In this document: piece after piece, positions 43,522-56,935 of the stretch
How positions within the stretch are numbered: the first letter of the stretch is position 1
Layout of the letters: each line of letters begins with the position of its first letter
From: Eledone cirrhosa
Lineage: Eukaryota
Length of the DNA stretch: 64,000 nucleotides
Direction of reading: 5' to 3'
NCBI GenBank assembly: GCA_964016885.1
Contig: OZ024747.1
Coordinates: 39,246,001 to 39,310,000 of the forward strand
Notes under the pieces: generated by a model
Databases searched by the model: none
Told to the model about the DNA's origin: nothing
Seen by the model: only the letters and a program-made list of their open reading frames with translations
Translations under genes and position numbers: made by a program

Positions 43522-43635
43522 TAAACATTTTCCTATTTCCCACTCTACTACACTAAGTATTGAGTACTCTGCTGCGTTATGGTCCGTCTGGTTCCTTACC
43601 ACACCTTCTTCGTTATATATATTTATATATATATA

Positions 43636-44504
<869 letters not shown>

Positions 44505-44539
44505 TATATAGTTATGTAATAAACAACATAATATAATTA

Positions 44540-44602
44540 TTTCATTTACCAGTGGTTTCTTGAAGACAGATACGTATGCCTGTCTTCATTCATCAGAAGA
44601 AA
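44540..44602 (-). ncRNA. Type I hammerhead (family H)
   Basis: tttctt CTGATGA a tgaagacag gcatacgtat ctgtcttca a GAAA cc act gg TA aatgaaa. Stem II is a perfect 9 bp. Confidence 0.8.
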
Positions 44603-45070
44603 TATATATTGAATAGTAATATAGATTTGAAAACAGAGTTTAGGATAAATGAAAGTGAGGCTGAAATAAAATAACGGGTAATAATTGAGGAGGGAATATA
44701 TAACCCGTCTCTTTTTACTGCTTTTACTTTATTTCTTATTCTTGATTATTATTTTTTTTTAAAGTTATATCTGCTTCCCCAACTACTTCTCAATGTGTCG
44801 TCGCTTGTAATTATACATATGTAGTATAAAGCCTATATGTGCGCGCGTATTTAAGTATCCGCAATTATAAGTGTGTGTATATATATCTTTACGATTACAT
44901 CTATGTGCACACATAAGTGTAAGCGTGCGCGCGTGTGTATGAACTTAGGTACGTCTGTGTATAGTGCCTTGTATAGGTACATGTCCGTATGTATGTTTAC
45001 ACATGTTTGTATGTGCTTCAGTGGATATAATTATGTGTGTATGTATGTGTATATATGCTCATGTATATAT

Positions 45071-45122
<52 letters not shown>

Positions 45123-45535
45123 GTGTGTATGTGAGTGTATGTGTATAGATATATGTGTATGTGTGTATGTATGTGTATGTATATATATATATACATTTAC
45201 ATATGTATGAATGGAGAGATGTGCGTGTATATATATTTATACGTTAATACTGAATACGTGTGTGAGTGCACCTGTGTGTGTGCATATGTGAGCGAAAGAT
45301 CACAGGTATATGTGTGTATTTGTATTTCCATGTAGACGCACATATAGTTATGTGTGAATGTATATGTTTACGTACTATTACCTATATGCGTGAGTTTGAG
45401 TATGTGTATGTTTATGTATTTAGATATTTATTTATATATTTTGTTCCCCTCAATTATTGCCCGTTATTTTATTTCAGCCTCACCACCATTTATCATAAAC
45501 TCTGTTTTCAAATCTATATTACTATTCAATAAATA

Positions 45536-45597
45536 TTTCTTCTGATGAATTTGGACAGGCATAAGTATATGTCTTCAAGAAACCACTGGTAAATGAA
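45536..45597 (+). ncRNA. Type I hammerhead (family H, more decayed stem II)
   Basis: tttctt CTGATGA atttggacag...atgtcttca a GAAA ccactgg TA aatgaa. Confidence 0.68.
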
Positions 45598-45707
45598 TTA
45601 ATTATCTTATGGTGTTTATTACATAACTAAAAAGCTCTGTAGCCTACATAGAACACTCTCTTTTTCTTTACTTTTCATAAGGAAATACTTCTTATATACA
45701 TACATAT

Positions 45708-45843
<136 letters not shown>

Positions 45844-46069
45844 ATATATATATATAATAATAATAATAAAATGTGGGGAGGAGGCACACGAGTTAGGATA
45901 TATATATATATATATATATATGAAAACAGGGAGAAAGAGACGATTATGAGGAAGAAATATTTTTGTTTTCCTCTTTGTTGTCTCTCTCTTTTTTCTGGGT
46001 TAGAAAATGATTAAAACGAAATGTTTTACTTTGTGTGAAGTGTTAAGATATTAGTTGATTTATTTATTA

Positions 46070-46500
46070 CTAGCAGAGGTACCCGGCGTTGCTCGGGTAT
46101 TAAATAGCAGTTATGTATACCATTTATGTCAATACTTCAGTGCTGTTTCGAAAACTATACTTTTATAAACTCATCGACTTTTTCCAAAAGGGGGTTCCTG
46201 CCCTCAGGGGTCCCCTACTCAATATGTGCCAATTCTGAGAGTTCACATTCATCTGTAGAACAAACGTATCCCATGTGTCAAGTTTTGTGAAAATCGGTTG
46301 CGAACTCCAGAAGTTATGACGTTTTTTTTGCATTGCACTGCAGTGCTTCAGTCGACTCCAAGGAAGTGGTGAAAGGGCGTTATCCGCCGGGAGGCCCTAT
46401 AATCAATATCTGAAAAAATGAAAGTGTCCATGACCATCCGGAGTACATGAGTAACCTATGTCTTAAGTTTGGTGAAAATACTGTAGAAATGCATAAGGTT
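46070..46500 (-). mobile_element. Non-autonomous Helitron
   Basis: Minus-strand 3' end acccgagcaacgccgggt-acctctgCTAG|T (hairpin plus CTAG). The 5' boundary is approximate. Confidence 0.72.
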
Positions 46501-46640
46501 TACACACACGCGCGCACGCGCACGTGTGTGTGTGTGTATGTATTTGTGTGTGCGTATGTATAAGTATGTGTATGTTCGTTGGTGCATACGTATGTACTGG
46601 CCTAAATCTTCACTATTTATTTTTACTATGTTAAGGCAAA

Positions 46641-46755
46641 GTTAAAATCCCGTCGAGGTTAACTTTGCCTTTCATCCTTACGGGGTCGATAACATAAAGT
46701 ACCAGTAATGTACTGTTTAATTGCTGGCCTTGTGCCAAAAGTAGAAACAACTATT
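46641..46755 (+). mobile_element. tRNA-derived SINE, 5'-truncated
   Basis: Reverse-complement match to 34929-35040. Confidence 0.8.
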
Positions 46756-47039
46756 TTAATAACCTGTCATTTTGGTTTACAATTTTATTTACATCATTCT
46801 CAAACTCCGGGGCTGGAAATCATTCGGTTATTTTAAATAGAATATTAGGCTAACGACTCCATTTACACTATAAACTTGGTCTTCTCTTTGCATGAAATTG
46901 TTCTTCTCGGTCCACCGCGTCGTTTATACGTAACATAAATAGATAAATAGCTGGGTGATATTTAATTTATTTAAGAAAAATGATTAGGTAGGGTTTGAGG
47001 GAGGTAACTCTTGTAAATGTTTGATGGTTTGTTGCAGTT

Positions 47040-48055
47040 TTAGATTGGTCCGATTTTTAGGGCAATGAATAGTGGTTGAAATTTATTAATGAAATGTGTT
47101 TCCTTATTGGTGCGTTGGATGATAGTAGCGTTGTCTATGAATTTGTAAATGGGGAAAATTTTAAAGTTTGGATGTTGGTTGAGAGCACAATTGGGGATAT
47201 GTTCACTAAATGCAATCTTTCTGTATTTCTGTATTTTAATTTGTGATTTATGGACGGTCATACGTTGACGGAGGCTGTTGTTTGTCTGTCCTGTGTAGTG
47301 CTCTTGACAACCTGAGCAGGTCAAAACATAGATCAGGTTTTCAGATGCACATGTAAAGTTGTGTCTAACTGTCAAACGTTGTCCTTGTTTAACATGGAAG
47401 GTTGAACCTTCTATTAGATTTATGCATATGCAACAGTTGGGCATTCCGCATTTTGTTACTGTAGGGTTTATTGCGAGGATTTGTTGGATTTTGGCTTGTG
47501 TGAGGATGTTTTTTTATGGATTTGGGTTGTCTGTTGCTCTTTATGAGTTTGTGTGTTTGGAGGATATTGTTCATTCTTGGGTCTCTTTTTAGTAAAGGAA
47601 TGTTCTGGAGGATGGTCTCGAATGCCTCATTGTTGAGGGGGTTGTGTGTGGAGATGTATGGTAGATTTTTTTGCTGCGGTTCAATCCTGGGTTTGGGGTG
47701 TATGAGTTCCTGGATGTCTAGTTTTAGGGCACGTTGGAATCCAATGGTGATTAGGGATGGTGGGTAGTTTCTGCTGATAAGTGTGTTTTTTAATTCTTCT
47801 AGTCGTGTGTAGCATGTGTATTTATCTGAAACTATTGTGCAGATCATTCTGGCTAGGTTATAAGGAATTGCCATTTTGGTGTGTCTAGGGTGGCACGAAT
47901 TGAATGGAAGGTATTGTCTGGAGTCTGTGGGTTTGTAGTATATATCTGTTTCTATTTTGTTGCTTGTTTTCTTGATGAGGATGTCGAGGAAAGGGAGTTG
48001 TTCATGACTGTAATACATTGTGAATTGTAAATTAGTGTTGAGCTCATTCAGAAGG
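47040..48055 (-). pseudogene. PLE RT thumb plus GIY-YIG endonuclease remnant (family D)
   Basis: ORFs 47389-48156 and 47040-47444. Confidence 0.87.
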
Positions 48056-48870
48056 GGTTTGAACACAAACAGTATATCTATACTTTCATGCCAGAGATAT
48101 CTGGACGACTGCTTCATCCTCTGGCATGAAAGTATATATAGAAAGTATAAACACAACTTTACATGTGCATCTGGAAACCTTATCTATGTTTTGACTTGCT
48201 CAGATTGTCAAGAGCACTACATAGGACAGACAAAAAACAGCCTCCATCAACGTATGACCGTCCATAAATCACAAATTAAAATACAGGAATACAGAAAGAT
48301 TGCATATCGCCAATTGTGCTCTCAACCAACATCCAAACTTTAAAATGTTCCCCATTTACAAATTCATAGACAACGCTATTGTCATCCAAAGCACCAATAA
48401 GGAAACACATTTCATTAATAAAATTCAACCACTACTAAATGCCCTAAACATCGGACCAATCTAAAACTGCAACAAACGATCAAACATTTACAAGAGCTAC
48501 CACCCCTCACACCCTACCTAATCCTTTTTCTTAAATAAATTAAATATCACCCAGGAAGAATTGCTCCCGCCTGCACATTAACTCTCTAAAAAGGGAAATC
48601 ATACCAAACCACAGTCCACCATTTGACTCCTTCACGGAAGCATGGTTCAACTAAGCACTCTTACGATATTAACACATTTTGAACTGCTTAACTTCAATGA
48701 CTGTGCTTGTAAATAACATTATTTTTTCTTCCTCATTGACTTTTTTACGTTTCACATTATGCACGTTTTTTTCCGTTTTTCTTTTCACTTCTTAAACCTT
48801 GTTTGTATATAACATTATTCTTTCTGCACCTTCTGTTTAACATGTGCGACACCACACTAATACATTTCAC

Positions 48871-48913
48871 TATCATTTGATAATGCATATAAATGCAGAA
48901 ACCGGTAATAGAC
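48871..48913 (+). ncRNA. Minimal hammerhead with U3:A8 core (family D)
   Basis: tcat TTGATAA tgcat ataa atgca GAA ACCGGT A ataga. Stem III is the palindrome ACCGGT. Confidence 0.72.
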
Positions 48914-49105
48914 AATAATTAAATATATAAATAGGTAAATAACTGCCATTGTTAAATAATAAATAAATCAACTAATACCTTAACATTTCACACAAAGTAA
49001 AACATTTCGTTTTAATCATTTTTTTACCCAGAAAAAAGATAGGGAGAGAGCCAAAAATAAAGGAAAAAGCAATATTCTTCCTCATAATCGTCTCTTTCTC
49101 GATGT

Positions 49106-49144
<39 letters not shown>

Positions 49145-49970
49145 TGTGCACGCTGAACGGCTGATTACAATTGCATTACTGCAATTCAGCAAATCCGTTG
49201 GGTGAGCTAGACGTTGGGCGGAGACAGTTGAATTAATAGCAGCGATCTTGGTTCATTTTATATAGTATATGATATATATATATATATATATATTTAAAAG
49301 AATAGAGGTGTAACACACAAGTTATAATATATTGGTAAACGGAATAGAAAATGCTGACAAATTGTTCACACTGAAGAATAGTTTAATTAGGAATAAGTGA
49401 GAATTAGTAATAGTATTGGTTAGTATTTGAGTTTTGGTTGTTACCGGTTGCGCATTTCTAATGCTTTTCAAAAATAATTTTGAGATAGAGTGTCCGTGAT
49501 GTTTGCTCTGATCTGATTAGTTTTGGGTATTCTACCTGTTTTTATGCTAAAAAAGTGGCTCCAGCGGTATTAAAATAAGTGTTGTGCCAATTCGTGTTGC
49601 AAAAATTCTTGTAGTCAAAACAATTTTGATTGGTCTGTAGAGGTCATGTGAATGTAAACCATTGATTTTTGCGCCAAATGTAGGTTTGTGTCGGCAGACT
49701 GAGAAATAAGTCTTTCACAACAAATATGTATGTGTGTGTGTAGTAGTAATAAAGAGGTTCGTTGTTGTGATAATGGTCAGCAGGGATGTGTGTGCGAACC
49801 GCAGCCTGTTGACAGTTCAAATGCCTATTAAGACAAGTGTGTGTGTGTGTGTGTGTGTGTAGCAGAGTAATTCGTGGTAGAGGGATGGTCAGTAGGAATG
49901 TGTCTGTAAGTGTGTGGGGGATATTTTAACATGTTAAAATATATTTTTTCAGCTCTTGTCTTATACGGAG

Positions 49971-50003
<33 letters not shown>

Positions 50004-50030
50004 TGTGTGTGTGTGTGTGTGTGTATGTTT

Positions 50031-50087
<57 letters not shown>

Positions 50088-50697
50088 TGTGGGTGTGTGT
50101 GGGTGAGTGTGGGTGTGTGTGTGTGTATGTCTCTTTGTATGTTAATGTACGCGTGTGTATGTGTGTGTATACGTGTGTGTGTGTGTGAGAGAATGTGTGT
50201 GTGTGGGGTGGGGGGGGACCAGTATTTATTACTGGTAAAATGGTGCACATTCTTCGATATTTTCAGTAAAATCGATTCTCTCAATAGAACATCAAAAACC
50301 TTAATAATAAAAGGTGTATTGGCATAATACCAAGTTGTGTGTGAGTGTGTCCAGATTGTACATACTGCAAGGGGGATCCATTAGGCCTTGCCGTATTGGA
50401 ATACCTGTGCACAAATATGTATCTGGAGTGTGTCCAGAAATTGTATAACTGTGCACAAATTGTATACCTGTGCACAAATATGTATGTGCCCATCAGTGTG
50501 CAATGCATGTGTGCGTTTATGTATGTGTGTGTGTCGGCACGTTTATGTCTATAGATATCAAAAGGTATGAAAATTTGTGTATATTTGTGTTGCACCATAG
50601 AACATGTGTGTTTACGTAAGTCATTGTGTTTATATGTGGGTAGAGATGTATGTTGATGTAAGTATGTATGTTGACGTGTGTATGTTGTGGGTTCGTC

Positions 50698-51865
50698 TTA
50701 GGGAGAAGTGTTTAGACGGGGTCCGTATTTGTTAATAAAGTAAGATTCCTTGCTGATGCGCTGGGTGTGGGTTGCATTATCTTTAAATTTGTAGAGGGTA
50801 AAGATTCTGAAGTTGAGATGATTTTGGGCGGCACAGGTATCAATGTGTTCACTCAGTGGTATTTTCCTGTATTCCTGTATTTTAATTTGGGATCTATGGA
50901 CAGTCATGCGTTGGCGGAGGCTGTTTTTGGTCTGGCCTACGTATTGTTCTCGACAACCTGAGCAAGTTAATACTTATATTAGATTTTCTGATGCGCATGT
51001 GAAATTGTGTTTTACTATAAAACGTTGTCCTTCTTTGAAATAGAATTCCGCACCCTCTATTAGGTTGATGCAAATGCCACAGTGGGGACTATCGCATTTT
51101 TTTACTGTGGGTTTCGTTGTTGTGGTTGGCAGTACTTTGGCATGTGTTAGGATGTTTTTCATTGACTTTTGCTCTTTATGATATCGTGTGTTCGTAGGAT
51201 TTGGTTCATTCTATGGTCCTTTTTCAATACAGGGATGTTCTGGAGGATGGTGTCAAAGGCCTCATTGTTGAGTGGGTTGTGTGTGGAGATGTATGGAAGA
51301 GCTTTTAGTTTCGGTTGATTTTCTTTAGGGTGTCTAAGGTCCTGGGTACTGAGTTGTTATGGCACGTTGGATTCCATTGTCAATTAGTGATGCAGGGTAG
51401 TCCCTGCCTATAAGTGTGTCCTTTAGTTCTTGTAGCCGTAAGTAGCAGGTGTTTTTATTGGAGACTATAATACAGATTATCTTGGCTAAGTTGTAGGGAA
51501 TATTAATTTTAACGTGTCTAGGGTGGCAAGAGTTGAAAGGAAGATATTGCTTGGAGTCTGTGGGCTTGTAGTATATGTCTGTTTCTATTTTTTTGTTATG
51601 GATATTAATGAGAATGTCGAGGAAGGGGAGTTGTTGATGGCTGCATTCCAACGTGAAGTTAATATTCGTGTTGAGCACATTTATAAGGGTGTGACATTCT
51701 TTAAGTTTCTAGATGTTTTCGTGCCAAAGGATGAAGTTGTCATCTAGATATCGCTTCCAGTTCCTTTTTATGTGTAAGTGGAGAGTGTTTCCAAATTTGT
51801 TGAGGAATTTAGTGTAGAGGGTGATCTCCAGGTATCCCATGACTAGGTTGGCATAAGTGCGGGCT
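50698..51865 (-). pseudogene. PLE RT C-terminal half plus GIY-YIG endonuclease (family E)
   Basis: ORF fragments 51709-, 51334-, 50974- and 50698-; paralogous to family D. Confidence 0.87.
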
Positions 51866-52332
51866 AATGAATCCCCCTTGCAGTACGTACAATCTGGACA
51901 CACACCAGATATATGTGTACAATGTGTGCACAGGTATACAATTTGTGCACAGGTATAGACCTTTTGATGTCTATAGATATAAACGTGCCGACACACACAC
52001 ATACATAAACGCACACATGCATTGCACACTGTTGGGCACATACATATTTGTGCACAGGTATACAATTTCTGGACACATTCCAGATACATATTTGTGCACA
52101 GGTATTCCAATACGGCAAGGCCTAATGGATCCCCCTTGCAGTACGTACAATCTGGACACACTCACACACACCTTGGTATTATGCCAATACTATATATCAT
52201 TTCACACCTTTTATTATTAAGGTTTTTGATGTTCTATTGAGAGAATCGATTTTACTGAAAATATCGAATAATGTACACCATTTTACCAGTAATAAATACT
52301 GGTCCACCCACCCACACACACACATTATCTCG

Positions 52333-52365
<33 letters not shown>

Positions 52366-52386
52366 GCGTACATTAACATACAAAGG

Positions 52387-52423
<37 letters not shown>

Positions 52424-52910
52424 CGTATAATACAAGAGCTGAAAAAATATCTTTTAACATGTTAAAATATACCCCACACACTTACAGACACATTCCTACT
52501 GACCATCCCTCTACCACCAATTACTCTGCTACACACACACACACACACACACACTTGTCTTAATAGGCATTTGAACTGTCAACAGGCTGCGGTTCGCACA
52601 CACATCCCTGCTGACCATTATCACAACGACGAACCTCTTTACTACTACTACACACACACACATATTTGTTGTGAAAGACTTATTTTTCAGTCAGCCGACA
52701 CAAACCTACATTTGGCGCAAAATCAATTTTTTACATTCACATGACCTCTACCGACCAATCAAAATTGTTTTGACCACAGGAATTTTTGCAACACGAATTG
52801 GCGCAAAACGTATTTTAATACCGCTGGAGCCACTTTTTTAACATAAAAACAGGTAGAATTCCCAAAACTAATCAGATCAGAGCAAACATCACGGACGCTC
52901 TATCTCAAAA

Positions 52911-52951
52911 TTATTTTTGAAAAGCATTAGAAATGCGCAACCGGTAAAAAC
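52911..52951 (+). ncRNA. Hammerhead-like motif with U3:A8 and A13C (family E); copies at 49438-49477 (-) and 20183-20223 (+)
   Basis: ttt TTGAAAA gcatt aga aatgc GCA ACCGGT A aaa. It lies in the pLTR like the family D HHR, but stem I is weak. Confidence 0.5.
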
Positions 52952-53078
52952 CAAAACTGAATACTAACAAATATAATTACTAATTCTCACTTATTCCTAA
53001 TTAAACTATTTTTCACTGTGAACAATTTGTCAGCATTTTCTATTCCGTTTACCAATATATATATATAGAGAGAGAGAG

Positions 53079-53216
53079 GTTGGCCGGAGACAGTTGAATT
53101 AATACCCGCGATCTTCGTTCATTTTATATAGTATATGATATATATATATATATCACATACTATATATAAATGAACGAAGATCGCTGGTATTAATTCAACT
53201 GCCTCCGGCCAACGTC
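53079..53216. repeat. Short inverted repeat (~60-bp arms) with a third copy at 49209-49272
   Basis: gttggccggagacagttgaattaatac...ttcattttatatag and its reverse complement around a TA core. Confidence 0.85.
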
Positions 53217-53334
53217 TATATATATATATATATATATATATAACGAAGTAAATGTGGTAAGGAACCAGGTGGACCATAACGCACCAAAGTACTCAATACT
53301 TGAGGTAGTAGAGTGGGTAATGGGAACCAGTAAG

Positions 53335-53428
53335 ACCCCGACAGCTGAGCTCAAGCCGTTTCGACGGCTAATTCTGGACTAAATGAACATTTATCCTGGT
53401 ATTTAAATAGCCGATCTTCTCAAGGGGT
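53335..53428 (-). ncRNA. Type I hammerhead with U3:A8 core (family C)
   Basis: Reverse complement of 55680-55773. Confidence 0.8.
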
Positions 53429-54544
53429 AATTCCATATATGGTCAAAGTGATTGTCCAAAATTAGTAGTAATTCTGTGGTTGAAAATTAGTAGGGGAGAT
53501 GGTGGCTAAACCTGCCAGTAGGAGAAAGAGGGGAGGGGTGGAGTAGACCCAATCAAGCGTTGGTAGTGCCAGCTACAGCTGGGCATGAGGTCAAAGAAGA
53601 TACAGGGGAGGGGGAGGGGGAGGAAGTCGGAACGGTAGGTAGAACAATGGGGGGTAGAAATATATAGGAAAGAAAAAATACTGAAGGTGAAGAAAAGCAA
53701 ATAAGTGTAAAGAAAAAAGTAAAGTAAATTAAATTCTACGACCTAGGTCTCTAGCTATTGTTAGGCCAGAATAAATAAATAAAGAAAGAAAGAAAGAAGT
53801 AAAGAAAGAAATAAAGAAATAACGAAATAAGTAAAAGAACTAGGTGGGACGGATTAGGCAAGGACACTTTTAAGAGGTATAAGTACGTAAATGATACGGT
53901 GACGGGTCAACAAAAGGGGCCAAACTACTAAAGAGACTACCACGAAATAAACAATAAAGGTTTCCATCCCGGGCACAATGCCAGCAACCACCCAGTGCAG
54001 CAAAGTGAACTTGTACGAGATAATAATTCTGAGTCCCGAGAAAAATATATACTAATGCTAACTCTAAAAGATCTAAAACAAGCTACATGAAAGTTCGTAC
54101 GAAGTAAAGGTAGAATACGGAAAAATAAATTCAGAATCCACCCCGCCCAAAAGAAAAGCGAAGAAAGAAATACTGAAACGAAAAAATAAGGCATAAGTGC
54201 CACTAAGAAATATAGAGGGCACAGAGAATAGTGGGAGCGGTCGGAAAAAGGGGACAAGTATCCGGGGTCTAAACCAACTGCTATAAAGGGCGGAGTCCGC
54301 CAAATCTATCATAGACTAGGGGAGGCGGTGGGGGTACTAAGGCTACAAGGGGCCAAAGGGCAGCCTCGGGTGGGCGAGAAAAGACGCCGACAAAGGAGAA
54401 GAGCTGGGGTAGAAGGACTAAGGAGAGAGGGGGGAAGGAAATAAAGGAAGCGATAAAAGAATACAAAGAAGATCTTACGTCTCCCTTGGCAAGCAGGGGT
54501 TACCCATTGCAAAATCGGCAAGTGGGGTGTGATAGCCCTAGTCT

Positions 54545-55260
54545 ACCCCCCCCCCCGGGTCATTATGGGGTTTGAGGGCGAGGTAAGTCCTACGCAATCT
54601 ATGTTTACATGCAGTAACCAGTTCATCTTTCTTGTTTAGGAGTTGGTCCGTCGAAAACAGCATTTGTAAAGTTTCCCCCGAGTATAAATTGCACGGACGG
54701 CGTCCTCCCGTGTAAGAATTGGCTCTGGACAGTAATCTCCAAGTGAGATCATAGGTGATGTTGTTGTCCTTGAGGTCCCATATGCGGCCCGAAAGTGTAG
54801 TGGCGTGACGCCGGGCCGGGTTTCAGAAGGTATGTCTATGTTGGTATAGCTGGGTCTTGAAGTCACATGCGGTAAGTCCTATATAGGCTTTGTTGGAGGT
54901 ATCCGTCCTCACGTTGCACTGGTAGATCACATTACGGTCTCTGCATCTATTGTCGAGTGGGCAAATAGATATATCCGGGCAGTTACACCTCCTGGTCGGT
55001 TCTCCACTGCTATTTAGGTTATTTCTGCCATCGGGGTTGAGTTTTTTGTTGTTAGAGGAGACGATGTTTTGTGCGAAGTTTGGTGTAGTGCTGTAAGAGA
55101 GTTTGATGGTATTTTTGTTAATTATGTTGTGGTAGCGGTGTTGTAATGGGAAGTGTTTTTCAATGAGCCAAAAGAATAGTTTCCCGATGGGAGTTGTCAC
55201 CTCTGCGTTGTGGGGAGGATTGAACCATGTTACATTGCGTGAGCGGCGGTGTCTCCTGCT
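54545..55260 (-). pseudogene. Naiad-type GIY-YIG endonuclease, one in-frame TGA
   Basis: ORF 54823-55200 continues in frame after TGA: NPARRHATTLSGRIWDLK...CNLY...LLNKKDELVTACKHR. Confidence 0.85.
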
Positions 55261-55679
55261 GGTTCCGCTAATTTACTTATTTCGTTATTTCTTTATTTCT
55301 TTCTTTACTTCTTTCTTTCTTTATTTATTTATTTATTCTGGCCTAACAATAGCTAGAGACCTAGGTCGTAGAATTTAATTTACTTTACTTTTTTCTTTAC
55401 ACTTATTTGCTTTTCTTCACCTTCAGTATTTTTTCTTTCCTATATATTTCTACCCCCCATTGTTCTACCTACCGTTCCGACTTCCTCCCCCTCCCCCTCC
55501 CCTGTATCTTCTTTGACCTCATGCCCAGCTGTAGCTGGCACTACCAACGCTTGATTGGGTCTACTCCACCCCCTCCCCTCTTTCTCCTACTGGCAGGTTT
55601 AGCCACCATCTCCCCTACTAATTTGCAACCACAGAATTACTACTAATTTTGGACAATCACTTTGACCATATATGGAATT

Positions 55680-55773
55680 ACCCCTTGAGAAGATCGGCTA
55701 TTTAAATACCAGGATAAATTTTCATTTAGTCCAGAATTAGCCGTCGAAACGGCTTGAGCTCAGCTGTCGGGGT
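55680..55773 (+). ncRNA. Type I hammerhead with U3:A8 core (family C); predicted cleavage after GUC at 55768
   Basis: acccc TTGAGAA gatcggcta...tagccgtc GAAA cggct tgagctc agctg TC ggggt. All three stems pair. Confidence 0.82.
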
Positions 55774-55958
55774 CTTACTGGTTCCTATTACCCACTCTAC
55801 TACCTCAAGTATTGAGTACTTTGGTGCGTTATGGTCCACCTGGTTCCTTACCACATTTCCTTCGTTATCTAGCTCCTACTCCCGTAGTAGAGCACTTTCC
55901 GACCCTACCACGCCGTATCCAGACTTTTCCGCTAAGCTCAATTCATTTCACCCGCACC

Positions 55959-56935
55959 ATGCGAAAACACAACATTGACTTCTCTACCAAGAACATCCCA
56001 ATCCCACCGAAAAAACTTTACCTTCGGATGCTCATGCAAAAAATCGATCTATTTGCGAAAAGACTTAGATGGAGAACTTTTTTATATGACAGATATTGCG
56101 ACAACCAAGACTTCGGCACCAAGGAGAGATTCGGATTTATTACCTACAAATCTCCGCCCCTGAACCCCTTGCTCGCACCCTTCGAGAATGACCTCTTCCA
56201 ACTGGTCAAGAACATTAAATTTAAACCCAGACACAACCGATTCCTACAAAAACTCCGTAGCAACTTAACAGAGTATGATAACACAAATGACATCATGGTG
56301 CATTCGGATAAAACTGGGAACCTATACTTTGTCAACCCTGACAGATACCACACACTGATCAGGAGCAGCCTAAACTCCACCTATAAAAAGGCCAACCACT
56401 CTTGCATCGAGGACATAAATCGAGATGGACAACAAATCACCTCCAGCCTCGGGGTCGCCGACCGCACGGAACCTCTAGACCCACGGACACCATACTTCAC
56501 ACTGAAGGACCATAAATCCGATTTTGACCGTAAACCCTCTATCAGGCTTATTAACCCAACGAAGTCCGACATAGGGAGAATCAGCAAAAAAATCCTAGAC
56601 CGCGTGATACCAAAAGTCAAGCAACACACCCGACTTAGCCTATGGATCAACACCCTGGAAGTAATCTCCGGGTTCAGCAATATGGAGGATAAACGAGAAA
56701 CTAAATTCATACAGTTCGACATAGAGAGCTACTATGCTTCAATCACCTTACCGCTACTTACTGCCGCCTTGGACTTCGCCGAAACACTTGTGCCCATCAC
56801 CGACCAGGAAAGAAAAATCATCCTCCACGCCAGGAAGACAGTCTTACTCTTTGACGACTCTAAATGGATAAAAAGAGCTCCCGACTCACCCTTCGACGTC
56901 AGCATGGGCGCCACGGATTCGGCGCCACGGATTCG
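55959..56935 (+). pseudogene. Uninterrupted N-terminal ~325 codons of Naiad-type PLE RT, 3'-truncated
   Basis: gcaccATG start, FSTKNIPIP...KRLRW, SDKTGNLY, TLKDHK, RLINPTKSDIGRISK, IQFDIESYYASI and FDVSMGATDSA. It breaks at a 14-bp tandem duplication. Confidence 0.9.

Larger units (their letters stand above)
41530..43617. mobile_element. Naiad-type PLE with inverted arm (minus 42190-41530: EN end and 3' UTR; plus 42195-43420: RT)
   Basis: TLKDHK...CRLINP, FDIVNVYRSI, DVSTGSFDSADVCDL, GIYHDNGL, DFLDI, SCHPP and KLAYSC. The minus arm reads YSVQWK...CGLRIEE...SRCPH. Confidence 0.87.
44510..45630. mobile_element. ORF-less fold-back unit with two HHR-bearing arms (family H)
   Basis: 44510-44690 is the reverse complement of ~45447-45628. 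The spacer is GT/TA-rich and non-coding. Confidence 0.8.
45920..49112. mobile_element. Neptune-like PLE family D with inverted arms; left arm interrupted by a Helitron and a SINE
   Basis: Minus: LPFLDI, YYKPTDSRQYL, SCHPRHTK, HNFTCASENLIYVLTC...YTGQT...RMTVH. Arms 46950-47365 / 48148-48553 and 45920-46069 / 48956-49112. Confidence 0.87.
49295..53060. mobile_element. Neptune-like PLE family E with ~1.2-kb inverted pLTR
   Basis: 49325-50560 is inverted at 51955-53058. The minus core 50698-51865 reads YANLVMGYLE, RYLDDNF, LPFLDI, SCHPRH, CxxxxCxxC, YVGQT...RMTVH. Confidence 0.9.
53241..56935. mobile_element. Naiad-type PLE family C: inverted EN plus 3' UTR arm (55260-53241), direct pLTR (55265-55868) and 5' half of ORF
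   Basis: 53241-53835 is the reverse complement of 55272-55868. Minus: WFNPP, KHFP, KLSYST, CNCPDISICPLDNRC, YIGLT. Plus: RT N-terminus. Confidence 0.92.

Noticed and set aside
53335-53400. HDV-like ribozyme on the plus strand (hairpin followed by GGCTAA)
   Set aside because: No P1/P2/P3 pairing found. The opposite strand folds fully as a hammerhead.
54823-54825. In-frame TGA in a Naiad-type endonuclease as possible selenocysteine (some Naiads are selenoproteins)
   Set aside because: It falls after HRHTF, at a non-Cys position where CGA to TGA CpG decay is the simpler explanation. I saw no convincing SECIS.
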